From Thermoflexia bacterium (lineage in GTDB: Bacteria; Chloroflexota; Anaerolineae; B4-G1; DUEL01), in NCBI GenBank assembly GCA_011192125.1, contig DUEL01000005.1, positions 1,512 through 65,511 on the forward strand: a stretch of 64,000 nt of DNA, in the 5' to 3' direction. The notes beneath the pieces were generated by a model. It saw only the letters and a program-made list of their open reading frames with translations, was not told where the DNA came from and searched no databases. The position numbers and the translations under genes are program-made. Of the stretch, positions 8,765 through 18,578 are shown in pieces. Within the stretch, counting starts at the first letter, position 1. Each line of letters opens with the position of its first letter.

Positions 8765-10544
8765 CCGCGTTGTCATCATTCCGGCGTCCCTGACCGTGCG
8801 TGAGCTGGCCCAGTTGCTGGACGTGAGCCCCATCGACGTGATCAAAGAACTGATGAACAACGGCATCATGGCTCACATCAACCAGCAGATCGATTACGAC
8901 ACGGCGGCGATCGTCGCAGCGGAGATGGGGTTCGAACCCCAGGAAGAGACCCCGCCGGAGGTTGAAGAAGCGGAGGCGGAGGGCCCCACCACCCTCTGGG
9001 AACGGCTGTACGCAGGGGAGGACCCCTCCAAACTGCGTCCCCGTCCCCCCGTCGTCACCATCCTGGGCCATGTAGACCACGGCAAGACCTCCCTGCTGGA
9101 CGCGATCCGACAGACCAACGTGGTGGCTTCCGAGGCTGGGGGGATCACCCAGCACATCGGCGCCTACCAGGTCCAGCACCAGGGGCGGACCATCACCTTC
9201 CTCGACACGCCAGGTCACGAAGCGTTCACGGCGATGCGCGCCCGTGGCGCCCAGACCACCGACATCGCCGTCCTGGTCGTCGCCGCCGACGACGGGGTGA
9301 TGCCCCAGACCATCGAGGCCATCAACCACGCCCGGGCCGCCCGCGTCCCCATCATCGTCGCCCTGAACAAGATCGACAAGCCCAACGCCCAGCCCGACCG
9401 GGTCAAGCAGCAACTGAGCGAACTGGGCCTCACCCCGGACGATTGGGGCGGGAACACGCTCTGTGTCCCCGTCTCGGCCAAGCAGCGGATCGGGCTGGAG
9501 GATCTGCTGGAAGCGATCCTCCTGGTGGCGGACGAACAGAACATCCGCGCCAACCCCGATCGACCGGCGGTCGGCACGATCCTGGAGGGTCACCTGGACC
9601 GCACCCGAGGCCCCTCTGCCACCGTGCTGGTCCAGAATGGGACGCTCCGCATCGGGGACGCCATCGTCGCTGGCACCGTGTACGGACGGGTCCGGCAGAT
9701 GCTGGACGACAACGGTAAGCCGATCAAGGAAGCCCCGCCCTCCACACCCGTGCTGGTGTTGGGCCTCTCCGACGTCCCCGTCGCGGGAGACATTTTTGAG
9801 GTCGTGAAAGACGAGCGGACCGCCCGCGCTATCGCCGAGAAGCGGAAGGAGGAACAACAGGTCAGGGCCGCAGCCCCCGCTATGCTGACCCTGGACGACC
9901 TCTCCGCCCGCATCCGCGAGGGAGAGGTCAAGGAACTGAACCTCATCCTCAAGGCGGACGTACAAGGATCTATCGAGCCGATCCTCTCCTCGCTGGAGAA
10001 ACTGGGCGGTGAGGACCTGCGGATCAACGTCATCCACGCCGCCCCCGGTAACATCACCGAGTCGGACGTCAACCTGGCGATCGCCTCCAAAGCGATCATC
10101 ATCGGCTTCCAGGTCACGGTGGATCCCGCCGCCCGGCGGTTGGCGGAGAGCGAGGGAGTGGACATCCGTCTCTACGACGTCATCTACAAACTGATCGACG
10201 AGATGGAGATGGCCCTCAAGGGCCTCCTAGAACCTGCATACGTGGAGAAGGTCATCGGCAAGGCGGAGGTCCGCGCCACGTTCGACATCCCCAAGATCGG
10301 CCGTGTGGCCGGCTGCTACATCCTCGAGGGCGTCGCTCGCCGCAACGCCCGGGCCCGGGTCTTCCGCGGGGAGGAGCAGATCTACGACGGCTACGTCGCC
10401 TCCCTCAAGCGGTTCGCCAAGGACGCGCGGGAGGTGCGCACGGGCTTCGAGTGCGGCGTGGGGCTGGAGAACTTCCACGACATCGAGGAGGGCGACATCA
10501 TCGAGTTCTACGTGATGGAACGGGAGGAACCCGCAACAGCCTGA
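8745..10544 (+). CDS. infB: Translation initiation factor IF-2
   Basis: [31 protein letters not shown]. Confidence 0.98.
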   Translation: MGEKRNNRVVIIPASLTVRELAQLLDVSPIDVIKELMNNGIMAHINQQIDYDTAAIVAAEMGFEPQEETPPEVEEAEAEGPTTLWERLYAGEDPSKLRPRPPVVTILGHVDHGKTSLLDAIRQTNVVASEAGGITQHIGAYQVQHQGRTITFLDTPGHEAFTAMRARGAQTTDIAVLVVAADDGVMPQTIEAINHARAARVPIIVALNKIDKPNAQPDRVKQQLSELGLTPDDWGGNTLCVPVSAKQRIGLEDLLEAILLVADEQNIRANPDRPAVGTILEGHLDRTRGPSATVLVQNGTLRIGDAIVAGTVYGRVRQMLDDNGKPIKEAPPSTPVLVLGLSDVPVAGDIFEVVKDERTARAIAEKRKEEQQVRAAAPAMLTLDDLSARIREGEVKELNLILKADVQGSIEPILSSLEKLGGEDLRINVIHAAPGNITESDVNLAIASKAIIIGFQVTVDPAARRLAESEGVDIRLYDVIYKLIDEMEMALKGLLEPAYVEKVIGKAEVRATFDIPKIGRVAGCYILEGVARRNARARVFRGEEQIYDGYVASLKRFAKDAREVRTGFECGVGLENFHDIEEGDIIEFYVMEREEPATA

Positions 10545-10580
10545 CAAGGGCCAAGCGAGCGACCGAGAAAGGATTGAACG

Positions 10581-10949
10581 ATGGGAAAGAAATACCGCGG
10601 ACGGGCTGCCGATCTGATCCAGACCCACCTGACCGACCTGCTGCAGACCCAGGTCAACGACCCACGCCTGTCGATGGTGACCATCACAGGGGTGGAAGTC
10701 ACCCCGGACACCCGTCGAGCGGACGTTTACATCACGGCCCTGGGAGGCCCCGACACGAAAGAAGAGGTGCTAGCCGGCCTGCAGAGCGCGGCCGGTTTCC
10801 TGCGCCGTGAACTCGGCCACCGGATCCGCCTCCGCAACACACCGGAACTGATCTTTCACTGGGACGAATCGTTCGAACGTGGAGAGCGGATCGACCTCTT
10901 GCTCGAGCAAATCAAAGATGATCTCGCCGGGGAACCTGAGGCAGAGTAG
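10581..10949 (+). CDS. rbfA: Ribosome-binding factor A
   Basis: DPRLSMVTITGVEVTPD...LRNTPELIFHWD. Confidence 0.96.
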   Translation: MGKKYRGRAADLIQTHLTDLLQTQVNDPRLSMVTITGVEVTPDTRRADVYITALGGPDTKEEVLAGLQSAAGFLRRELGHRIRLRNTPELIFHWDESFERGERIDLLLEQIKDDLAGEPEAE

Positions 10950-11931
10950 CCACCTGTTGAGCGAGACACAACGTCCGCTCCTGGTGACCCACGTCGCGCC
11001 CGACGGAGACGCCATCGGCAGTCTATTGGGCCTGGGGTGGACGCTGCTTGCCCAGGGCAAATCCCCTACCCTGGCCTGCCAAGACGTCCTCCCACGCCGA
11101 TTCGCCTTCCTCCCCGGCTTCGAGAAGGTGGTCCAGGACCCTCCACCCGGCCCTTACGACCTGCTGATCGTCCTCGACTGCTCGGATCTGGACCGGATCG
11201 GGCAGATCGGCGAGGTCGTCGGCCGGGACCTGCCCCTTCTCAACATCGACCACCACGTCACCAACACCCGCTTCGGGACCGTCGATCTGGTGGCGGAGGA
11301 CGCGGTCTCCACCACCCACCTCCTCTACCACCTCCTCCAGCGGCTGAACTACTCCCTCGACGAACGGATCGCCACCTGCCTGCTGACCGGCCTGGTCACC
11401 GACACCCGGGGGTTCCGCACCGCCAACGTGACCCCTGAGATCCTCCGCATCGCGGTCGAACTGATGGAGGCTGGCGCGCCGCTCACCACGATCACCCGCA
11501 ACGGGCTGGACCGGCGGCCCCTCGCCGCGCTGCGACTCTGGGGAGCAGGCCTGGCCCGCCTCCAGTCGGCGAACGGGATCGTCTGGACCACCCTGCCCGT
11601 CTCCGTCCAGCAGACGATCGGCCACGACGGATACGGGGACGCCGGCCTGGCGAACCTCCTCATCAGCGCGGAGGAAGCGAAGGTGTCCGTCGTCTTCACC
11701 GAGCAGCCCGACGGAGAGGTCGAGGTCGGTTTCCGTGCCACCCCCGGCTTCGACGTCTCCCGCATCGCACTCCAGTTGGGCGGAGGCGGGCACGCCCTCG
11801 CCGCCGGTTGCCGGGTCCCCGGCCCCCTGGAGGAGGCCCAGCGGCGGGTCCTCGCCCTCCTGCGGGAAGACCTAGCCCGCCAGCGACAACAGGTCTCGCC
11901 CGATGATAAACGGCATCCTCAACCTGAATAA
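10918..11931 (+). CDS. nrnA: DHH-DHHA1 phosphoesterase (bifunctional oligoribonuclease/PAP phosphatase)
   Basis: THVAPDGDAIGS, NIDHH, TDT, GGGGH; start uncertain. Confidence 0.9.
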   Translation: MISPGNLRQSSHLLSETQRPLLVTHVAPDGDAIGSLLGLGWTLLAQGKSPTLACQDVLPRRFAFLPGFEKVVQDPPPGPYDLLIVLDCSDLDRIGQIGEVVGRDLPLLNIDHHVTNTRFGTVDLVAEDAVSTTHLLYHLLQRLNYSLDERIATCLLTGLVTDTRGFRTANVTPEILRIAVELMEAGAPLTTITRNGLDRRPLAALRLWGAGLARLQSANGIVWTTLPVSVQQTIGHDGYGDAGLANLLISAEEAKVSVVFTEQPDGEVEVGFRATPGFDVSRIALQLGGGGHALAAGCRVPGPLEEAQRRVLALLREDLARQRQQVSPDDKRHPQPE

Positions 11932-12769
11932 GCCGCGAGGGATGACGTCGCACGACGTCGTGGATCGGGTGCGGGCGGTGGCCAAACAGCGGCGCGTTGG
12001 CCACGCGGGAACCCTGGACCCGATGGCGACGGGGGTTCTCCTGGTCTGCCTGGGCCGCGCCACCCGCCTCGCCGAGTACCTGATGGCTTCCCCGAAGACC
12101 TACCGTGCCCGCATCCGCCTCGGCATCGCCACCGACACCTACGACGCCGAGGGACAGGTGGTGGAGGAGCGGCCGGTGGAGGTCGCCCGCGCCGACGTGG
12201 AGGCCGCTCTCGACCGGTTTCGCGGGCGCATCCTCCAGGTCCCCCCGATGTACTCCGCCATCAAGCGGAAGGGGCAGCCCCTGTACCGGCTGGCGCGACA
12301 GGGGATCACGGTGGAACGGGAGCCGCGGCCGGTGGAGATCTACGAACTCCGGCTGACCGGATGGGAGCCGCCCGACCTGACGCTGGAGATCACCTGCTCG
12401 CCGGGAACCTACGTCCGCTCCTTAGCCCACGACCTGGGCCAGGTACTGGGATGCGGGGCCCACCTGGCTGGCCTCGTCCGCCTGGCGAGCGGCGACTTCC
12501 GTCTGGAGGACGCCGTTCCCCTGGAGGAACTGACCCCCGACCGGCTACCGGAGGTGCTGTTGCCGCCGGATGCTGCCCTCCGTCGCTACCCGGCGCTCCA
12601 TCTGGACGGGCAGACCGCGCGGGCGGTGCGCTCAGGCCGGGCCATCGCTGGCCCCCCTCCCGAGGGGGAGCCCCTGGCCCGCGCCTACGGTCCCGACGGC
12701 TCCTTCCTCGCCGTCCTGGAATACCAGCCCGATCGGGGTGTCTGGCACCCCCGCAAAGTCTTCGCCTAG
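11903..12769 (+). CDS. truB: tRNA pseudouridine(55) synthase
   Basis: GHAGTLDPMATGVL, PPMYSAIK, GTYVRSL. Confidence 0.97.
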   Translation: MINGILNLNKPRGMTSHDVVDRVRAVAKQRRVGHAGTLDPMATGVLLVCLGRATRLAEYLMASPKTYRARIRLGIATDTYDAEGQVVEERPVEVARADVEAALDRFRGRILQVPPMYSAIKRKGQPLYRLARQGITVEREPRPVEIYELRLTGWEPPDLTLEITCSPGTYVRSLAHDLGQVLGCGAHLAGLVRLASGDFRLEDAVPLEELTPDRLPEVLLPPDAALRRYPALHLDGQTARAVRSGRAIAGPPPEGEPLARAYGPDGSFLAVLEYQPDRGVWHPRKVFA

Positions 12770-12780
12770 GCAGGTCGACG

Positions 12781-13728
12781 ATGCAGATCGTTCGCCACCT
12801 GGAAGACGCCCAACTTTCCCGCCCCTCGTTCCTCACCATCGGGGCATTCGACGGCATCCACCGGGGCCACCAGCATCTGATCGGCTCGATGGCCCGCGCC
12901 GCCCACGATGCCGGCCGGGAGGCGGTGGTGCTGACCTTCGATCCCCATCCCGGCGTCGTGCTGGGCCGCACGCCGGTGGCCGCCCTCTCCACGCTGGAGG
13001 AACGGGCCGCTCAGATCGAGGCCCTGGAGGTCGACCTGCTGGTCGTCCTCCGCTTCACCCCCGCGATGGCGGGGCTGCCGGCGGTCCGCTTCGTGAGGAA
13101 ACTCCGCCAGCACCTGAAGATGATCGAACTCTGGGTCGGGCCGGACTTCGCGTTGGGGCACCGACGAGAGGGGAACGTCCCCTTCCTCAAGGAACTGGGG
13201 GCCCGGGAGGGGTTCACCGTCCGCGTGGTGGAGCCGCTCCGCTGGCGGGGCGAGGTGGTCAGCAGCACCCGTATCCGCGCTGCCCTCACCGCTGGCGACA
13301 TTGAGGAGGCCAACGGATGCCTCGGCCGACCCTACCACCTGGTCGGCACCGTGGTCCACGGGCGCGGCCTGGGCCGCCAACTGGGGTTCCCTACCGCCAA
13401 CCTGGAACCCCCGCCCGGTCGCTTGATCCCGGCCAACGGAGTGTACGCCGCGCTGGCACACACGGAGCGGGAAGGAACCTGGCCCGCCGTGGTCAACATC
13501 GGGGTGCGGCCCACCATCGCCGCCAACCACCTCACGGTGGAGGCGCACCTGCTGGATTTCGACGGGGACTTGTACGACCAGCAGTTGGGGCTGGACTTCA
13601 TCGCCCGCCTGCGGGACGAGATGGCCTTTCCCAGCCTGAACGCGCTGGTCGATCAGATCCGGCGGGACATCGAACAGGCCCGCCAGGTCCTGGCTTCCCA
13701 CGAGGTCGACCGTGCGCATTGGGATTGA
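12781..13728 (+). CDS. ribF: Bifunctional riboflavin kinase/FAD synthetase
   Basis: IGAFDGIHRGHQ, SSTRIR, GFPTAN, NIGVRPT, EAHLLDF. Confidence 0.96.
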   Translation: MQIVRHLEDAQLSRPSFLTIGAFDGIHRGHQHLIGSMARAAHDAGREAVVLTFDPHPGVVLGRTPVAALSTLEERAAQIEALEVDLLVVLRFTPAMAGLPAVRFVRKLRQHLKMIELWVGPDFALGHRREGNVPFLKELGAREGFTVRVVEPLRWRGEVVSSTRIRAALTAGDIEEANGCLGRPYHLVGTVVHGRGLGRQLGFPTANLEPPPGRLIPANGVYAALAHTEREGTWPAVVNIGVRPTIAANHLTVEAHLLDFDGDLYDQQLGLDFIARLRDEMAFPSLNALVDQIRRDIEQARQVLASHEVDRAHWD

Positions 13729-14827
13729 CGCCCGCATCCTCGGCTACCGACAGGGTGGCATCGCTCAGTACGTCCTTCACCTCCTCGCCGCCTTGTGCAC
13801 CATCGACCGCGCGACCGACTACTACGTCCTCCACAGCCGTCGCGAACGGAACCGACGCCGATTCGGTCCCAATTTCCACCCTGTGACCCTGTGGACCCCC
13901 CCGCACCACCGGCTGGAACGATGGGCGCTGGGCGCAGAGATCGCCCGGCTACGATTGGACCTGCTCCACAGCCCCGATTTCATCCCGCCCGCCCTCGGCG
14001 CCCGACGGTTCGTCATCACCGTCCACGACCTGAACTTTGTCTATTACCCTCAGTTTCTCACCGCCGAGAGCCGCCGGTATTACGCCGGTCAGATCGAATG
14101 GGCCGTGCGCCGGGCCCACCACATCCTGACCATCTCCGAGACCACCCGCCAGGACCTCCTCCGCCTGCTGGACGTGCCGCCGGAGAAGGTCACCACTGTC
14201 TATCTGGCCGCCGATCCTGCTTTCCGCCCCCTTCCCCTATCGACGGTCCAGACGACGCTCGCCAGATACAGCCTGGAGCCCGGCTACCTCCTCTTCGTCG
14301 GCACGCTGGAGCCTCGGAAGAACCTCCCCGGCCTGTTCGCCGCCTACCGGTTGCTGCTCGACCGGAAGATAACCGAGGCCCCGCTGGTCGTCGTGGGGGG
14401 ACGTGGATGGCTATATGAAGGAATCTTCGCCGCCGTGGAGGACATGGCTTTGGGCGACCGGGTCCGCTTCCTGGAGGGGGTGCCCAGCGCCGACCTGCCA
14501 GCCCTTTACAACGGGGCCGTCCTCCTGGCACTTCCTTCGTTCTACGAGGGCTTCGGCCTGACGGCGCTGGAGGCGATGGCCTGTGGGACCCCGGTCGTCG
14601 TCTCCGACCGGGGCGCTCTACCCGAAGTCGTCGGCGAAGCGGGGGTGCGGGTGGATCCCGAGGACGTGGAAGGGATCGCCGAGGGAATGGCAACCCTGCT
14701 GAGCGACCCCAGACTTCGGGAACAGTTGGTGGCAATGGGAAGAGCCCGCGCCGCCGAGTTAACGTGGGAGAAGACCGCCCACGGGACATTGGACGTTTAC
14801 CGGCGGGTCCTCGGATGGGCCCCGTAG
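13712..14827 (+). CDS. Glycosyltransferase family 4 (GT-B)
   Basis: FVGTLEPRKNL, EGFGLTALEAMACGTPV. Confidence 0.92.
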   Translation: MRIGIDARILGYRQGGIAQYVLHLLAALCTIDRATDYYVLHSRRERNRRRFGPNFHPVTLWTPPHHRLERWALGAEIARLRLDLLHSPDFIPPALGARRFVITVHDLNFVYYPQFLTAESRRYYAGQIEWAVRRAHHILTISETTRQDLLRLLDVPPEKVTTVYLAADPAFRPLPLSTVQTTLARYSLEPGYLLFVGTLEPRKNLPGLFAAYRLLLDRKITEAPLVVVGGRGWLYEGIFAAVEDMALGDRVRFLEGVPSADLPALYNGAVLLALPSFYEGFGLTALEAMACGTPVVVSDRGALPEVVGEAGVRVDPEDVEGIAEGMATLLSDPRLREQLVAMGRARAAELTWEKTAHGTLDVYRRVLGWAP

Positions 14828-14941
14828 TCTGGGGAAGCAGGGAAGCGAGGATGCAATCGAGGGGCAAGGGGGAACCTTTTCGGGTCCGGCTGCGTCTATA
14901 TGTTTAGGGAACGTAGATATTTCAGGTAAGGAGGGGGCAAG

Positions 14942-15721
14942 ATGGGACCTCGATGGGCGTTTGTCGGTATCCTCATAGCCGGTTTTCTGGCGGGTCTGGC
15001 GACGGGCTGTGAGGCCACCCCTACAATTGTCCAGCCACAGGCCGGTGGCGAAGAAGGCGTGTCCCCTGAGAAAGGTGTATCCCCTTTGGGAACTCCCTTC
15101 CCGTTGAGGGGGATATCCCCTCTTTCGCCTCCCCCCACCCCGCTACCAACGATCGTGGTGACGGGAGAACCGGAGGTCGATCTGATGACTCAAGAGGAAG
15201 CCATCGCGCTGGCGAAACGGACCCTGGCCGAACAGTTGAACGTCGATGAAGCAACGATCGAAGTCGTCTGGGCCGGGCGCGTCACCTGGTCCGACACCAG
15301 CCTGGGCTGTCCCGAGAAGGGGAAGATGTACGCCCAGGTCCTCACGCCGGGCTACCAGGTACTTCTCCGGGTAGAAGGGAAGGATTACGAAGTTCACACC
15401 GGCGGTGGGCGGGCAGTGGTCTGCGAAGCGGGTCAGGGTCGCGTCCCTCCTATGGACAAGGCCCAGGCCGCTGGGCGGGCCTACGAACTGGTCCGTGAGG
15501 ACCTGGCACGCCGGTTAGGCGTACCCGCGGCGGAGATCAAGCCCCGCCTCATCCAGCCGACCACCTGGCCCGACGGCAGCCTCGGCTGCCCCCAGCCCGG
15601 TGAGACCTACCCTCAGACCCCCACGGAGGGGTTCATCATCCTTTTGGAGTACCAGGGCGTGACCTACGAGTACCACTCCGACGGGGAACGGTTCGTCCTA
15701 TGCTCCTCACCCTCACCATAA
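14942..15721 (+). CDS. Putative lipoprotein with two WxDxSLGCP repeat domains
   Basis: Lipobox-like LATGC; WSDTSLGCP...YEVH and WPDGSLGCP...YEYH. Confidence 0.8.
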   Translation: MGPRWAFVGILIAGFLAGLATGCEATPTIVQPQAGGEEGVSPEKGVSPLGTPFPLRGISPLSPPPTPLPTIVVTGEPEVDLMTQEEAIALAKRTLAEQLNVDEATIEVVWAGRVTWSDTSLGCPEKGKMYAQVLTPGYQVLLRVEGKDYEVHTGGGRAVVCEAGQGRVPPMDKAQAAGRAYELVREDLARRLGVPAAEIKPRLIQPTTWPDGSLGCPQPGETYPQTPTEGFIILLEYQGVTYEYHSDGERFVLCSSPSP

Positions 15722-15797
15722 CCGTAGTTTCACCGCAGAGGCACCGATCAATTCAACGGCCGTCCGGTCCGGTGTAGACGGATAGCAGGCAAATGAC

Positions 15798-15828
15798 AAA
15801 GAGGGGAGAGTTGAACTCTCCCCTCTTC
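15798..15828 (-). terminator. Intrinsic terminator between convergent genes
   Basis: agaggggagagtt/aactctcccctct hairpin with a T-rich tail on the minus strand. Confidence 0.7.
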
Positions 15829-15853
15829 GGTTCCGTGGGCGGATTCGGTCAGG

Positions 15854-18157
15854 CTACTCGAGGGTGAGATACAGCCTGTAGAAGTCCCGTGCGTACATCT
15901 CATATCCCTCAATGTAGACCCACCAGGTGCCTGCCGCGGGGCTCTCGATCACCGCCCGCTCCGGTGCGTTGCCGCTGACCCCATCTACGGAGGCCAGGTT
16001 GAAGTCGGGATCGAGGATGAACATGTCGATGTCGCTAGTGGGGAACTTGCTCCAGTCGCGATGCCACACCAGATCGAAGGTGGCGGTGCCCACCCCCTCC
16101 GGGATCTCCACCGGGATCAGGAACGCGTCGCCCATCTCGATGTAGCCCGTGGCGATGGGGTGGCGGAGCGGCTGACGGAAGTTCTCCCGCGTGATGCGGA
16201 CCCGGAAACTGACCGGCGCCTCGTTGGAGAAGTCGCCAATGAGGGAGAGCTTCATCAGCCCCGGCTCCATCGGCTGGTAGGTCCAGGGGATCCCCCAGAA
16301 GGTCCACGGCCCGTCCTCGACGACGATGTCGAAGGAGTCGCCGTACCAGAAGGGATACCAGTAGACCCCAATCGGATGCCGGAAGGCGGTCCGCTTCGCG
16401 CTCTGCAGATGGACCTCCAGGGCGTTGGGCCAGTAGGCGTAGGCGGAGTTATCGTCGGTGGTGATGTCGAACACCTCGATCGTCACCTTGCTGGTGTACC
16501 GGTTAACCTCGAAAACGGCGTCGAACGACTCGCTGGGGTTGAGGGTGATGACATCACTCTCCCACACGTCCACCCTGCCCTTCCCGGCCCGCGGCAGCAC
16601 GACGTTGAGATCGGCATACCTGAGGAACGGCACGTACCCCCACGACTTTTCCTTGAGGATCTGAAGGGCGCGCATAGCGTCCACGGCACCCCATCCCATG
16701 TCGTTGATATCCCGCCAAGGCTCTGCCACCGCGTTCGGGTTGGCTCCCTTGAGCAGGACTGCGCGGAACACCAGCGGGTTGGTTTCCCTGCCCTCGGTGT
16801 TCTCCCAGTAGGCGTTGAGCAACGCCGCGACACCGGCTACTGTGGGCGAGGAGAAGGAGGTTCCACCAGCCCAGCGGAGTTCGTTCTCCGGTCCCGCGGC
16901 AAAGTTCCACAGGCCCAGCGCGCTGATGTCCGGCCCGGCCCGCCCGTCGCTCAACGGACCGCGGCTGGAGAAGTTCGCCACGCGGGTCTCGTCCGTAGGA
17001 CGCATCACCATTCCCATACCGGGTCCCTCGTCACCGTTGAAGGGGACACCGTCTACTCCCCGGGTAAGACCGAGGTATTCGTAGAGGACCCGAGACGAGG
17101 GGGCGTAGTCCAGCGCGCCCACGCTGACCGAGTCATATGAAGTCGCGGGCGAACCGACGGAGTTGGGGATCGGCCCCTCGTTCCCCGCAGAGGTGACCAC
17201 CAGGATGTTGGCCGCCTTCAACTCCCGGATGAAGAGGTCGAAAGTGTCCCGCCCGTCGAAGAGGGTCGGGCCGCCGAGGCTCATATTGACGATGTCGATG
17301 TCCAGCAGCCCATCCTTCTTCAAGGTCAAGACGTGATCCAGGCCGTCCAGGATGACCGAGGTGGGCACCCCGCTGCCGTCCTGGGGGAAGACCTTGACCG
17401 GGTACAGGCTTGCCCCGGGGGCCTGCCCAAGGATGGGCACGAAGTCCGGGGGCCAGGGGAGGTACGTGGAGATCGCCTGGTAGAGCGGATTGGTCGGGTC
17501 TTCAAAACCGAGCGCACAGGCAGAGGCGATCACTCCACCAACGTGCGTCCCGTGCCAGTGGTTGCTCGGATCGGTGGCCGGGACTCCGTCGCCGGTGGCG
17601 TTGTAGCCATCGGGGAAACCCGGCGCGCCGATCACAGCGTGCGAGAGGCACACGTTCGGCGTGACCCCCGTATCGACCACGGCGACAACCGTGCCCGCCC
17701 CGTAGTCCGTCGCCTCCCAGACACCGATCGCACCGGTGTATAGGAAGTTGACGTACCCCTCCGGCAAGGCCTCCACGTCGATGGAGAGCGGATCAACCGC
17801 TTGGATATCGACCCCTTCCATCGCTTCCACCGTGTACTCGAGAGGATGCACATCGTCGCCAACGTCGTCCGGCAGATAGACCATCTCATCCTTCTCGATC
17901 AGGGTCACGCCGGGGAACCCCGCCAGGGCCCTCGTCTGATCCACAGGGACGCTCGCAGCGACGACCGGCACGTTCTTATACCGGAAACTGACCGTCCCTC
18001 CGATCGAGACGATGAAATCCAGCAGGGCGTCCACCGAGCCGTCGGTCTGGATCAAGAGATCGATCGTCTCTCCCCCGCCCCCCGCCAGCGCTACAGAGGG
18101 GGTCCACAGGCCGATGAGCAACGCGAGTAGAACAACGGCATACCCCATCCTTCTCAT
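15854..18157 (-). CDS. Secreted subtilisin-like S8 serine protease with C-terminal PPC-like domain
   Basis: Signal peptide; VAVVDTG, HGTHVGG, SAGNEG, GTSFSSP; RBS AGGAGGAGG. Confidence 0.93.
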   Translation of the reverse strand: MRRMGYAVVLLALLIGLWTPSVALAGGGGETIDLLIQTDGSVDALLDFIVSIGGTVSFRYKNVPVVAASVPVDQTRALAGFPGVTLIEKDEMVYLPDDVGDDVHPLEYTVEAMEGVDIQAVDPLSIDVEALPEGYVNFLYTGAIGVWEATDYGAGTVVAVVDTGVTPNVCLSHAVIGAPGFPDGYNATGDGVPATDPSNHWHGTHVGGVIASACALGFEDPTNPLYQAISTYLPWPPDFVPILGQAPGASLYPVKVFPQDGSGVPTSVILDGLDHVLTLKKDGLLDIDIVNMSLGGPTLFDGRDTFDLFIRELKAANILVVTSAGNEGPIPNSVGSPATSYDSVSVGALDYAPSSRVLYEYLGLTRGVDGVPFNGDEGPGMGMVMRPTDETRVANFSSRGPLSDGRAGPDISALGLWNFAAGPENELRWAGGTSFSSPTVAGVAALLNAYWENTEGRETNPLVFRAVLLKGANPNAVAEPWRDINDMGWGAVDAMRALQILKEKSWGYVPFLRYADLNVVLPRAGKGRVDVWESDVITLNPSESFDAVFEVNRYTSKVTIEVFDITTDDNSAYAYWPNALEVHLQSAKRTAFRHPIGVYWYPFWYGDSFDIVVEDGPWTFWGIPWTYQPMEPGLMKLSLIGDFSNEAPVSFRVRITRENFRQPLRHPIATGYIEMGDAFLIPVEIPEGVGTATFDLVWHRDWSKFPTSDIDMFILDPDFNLASVDGVSGNAPERAVIESPAAGTWWVYIEGYEMYARDFYRLYLTLE

Positions 18158-18397
18158 TGCAAAGCCTCCTCCTTTCGCTAAGGTCCGATCGCTCGACACC
18201 AACCTGCATCCCCAAACGCTAACCTACCCCCCACCGCACCTCCTTTCCACCTTTGAGGTCCGCCCCGGAACCCCTTTTGAGGCTTCACATTATAGCACAA
18301 TTATAGCACAACTATGTCTGCATCTTTACGGATAATGTATTAAAAATTTCCTAAATCCCGTCCAGGTGCTCGCAACAGAAGGAGCTAACGGTGGTTT

Positions 18398-18459
18398 CCA
18401 TCGCAGAGATGCGGAGAGCACAGAGGCTTGTTGCAGCGCCCCCTGCACCCTCCCGGTGA
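18398..18459. repeat. Family A repeat (degenerate right arm)
   Basis: ccatcgcagagatgcggagagcacagag ... ccctgcaccctcccggtga. Confidence 0.6.
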
Positions 18460-18500
18460 CCCTGGTGTCCGGACTCTTGTCTCAACCTCAGCGCTCCACC

Positions 18501-18529
18501 TTGCCCCCTTTCCCCGCCGATGCTACAAT
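18501..18529 (+). promoter_or_regulatory. Promoter of the glyA-gcvT operon
   Basis: TTGCCC-17 nt-TACAAT with TGn extension. Confidence 0.6.
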
Positions 18530-18578
18530 ATCGGCGTTTCACACCATCTCACAATCCACCAACCGAAGGAGTTGCACG

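Noticed and set aside
6458..8869. Long antisense and alternate-frame ORFs (e.g. 803 aa here; 19191-20939, 43884-45653, 60379-61992)
   Set aside because: Shadow ORFs of high-GC genes, with no recognisable motifs.
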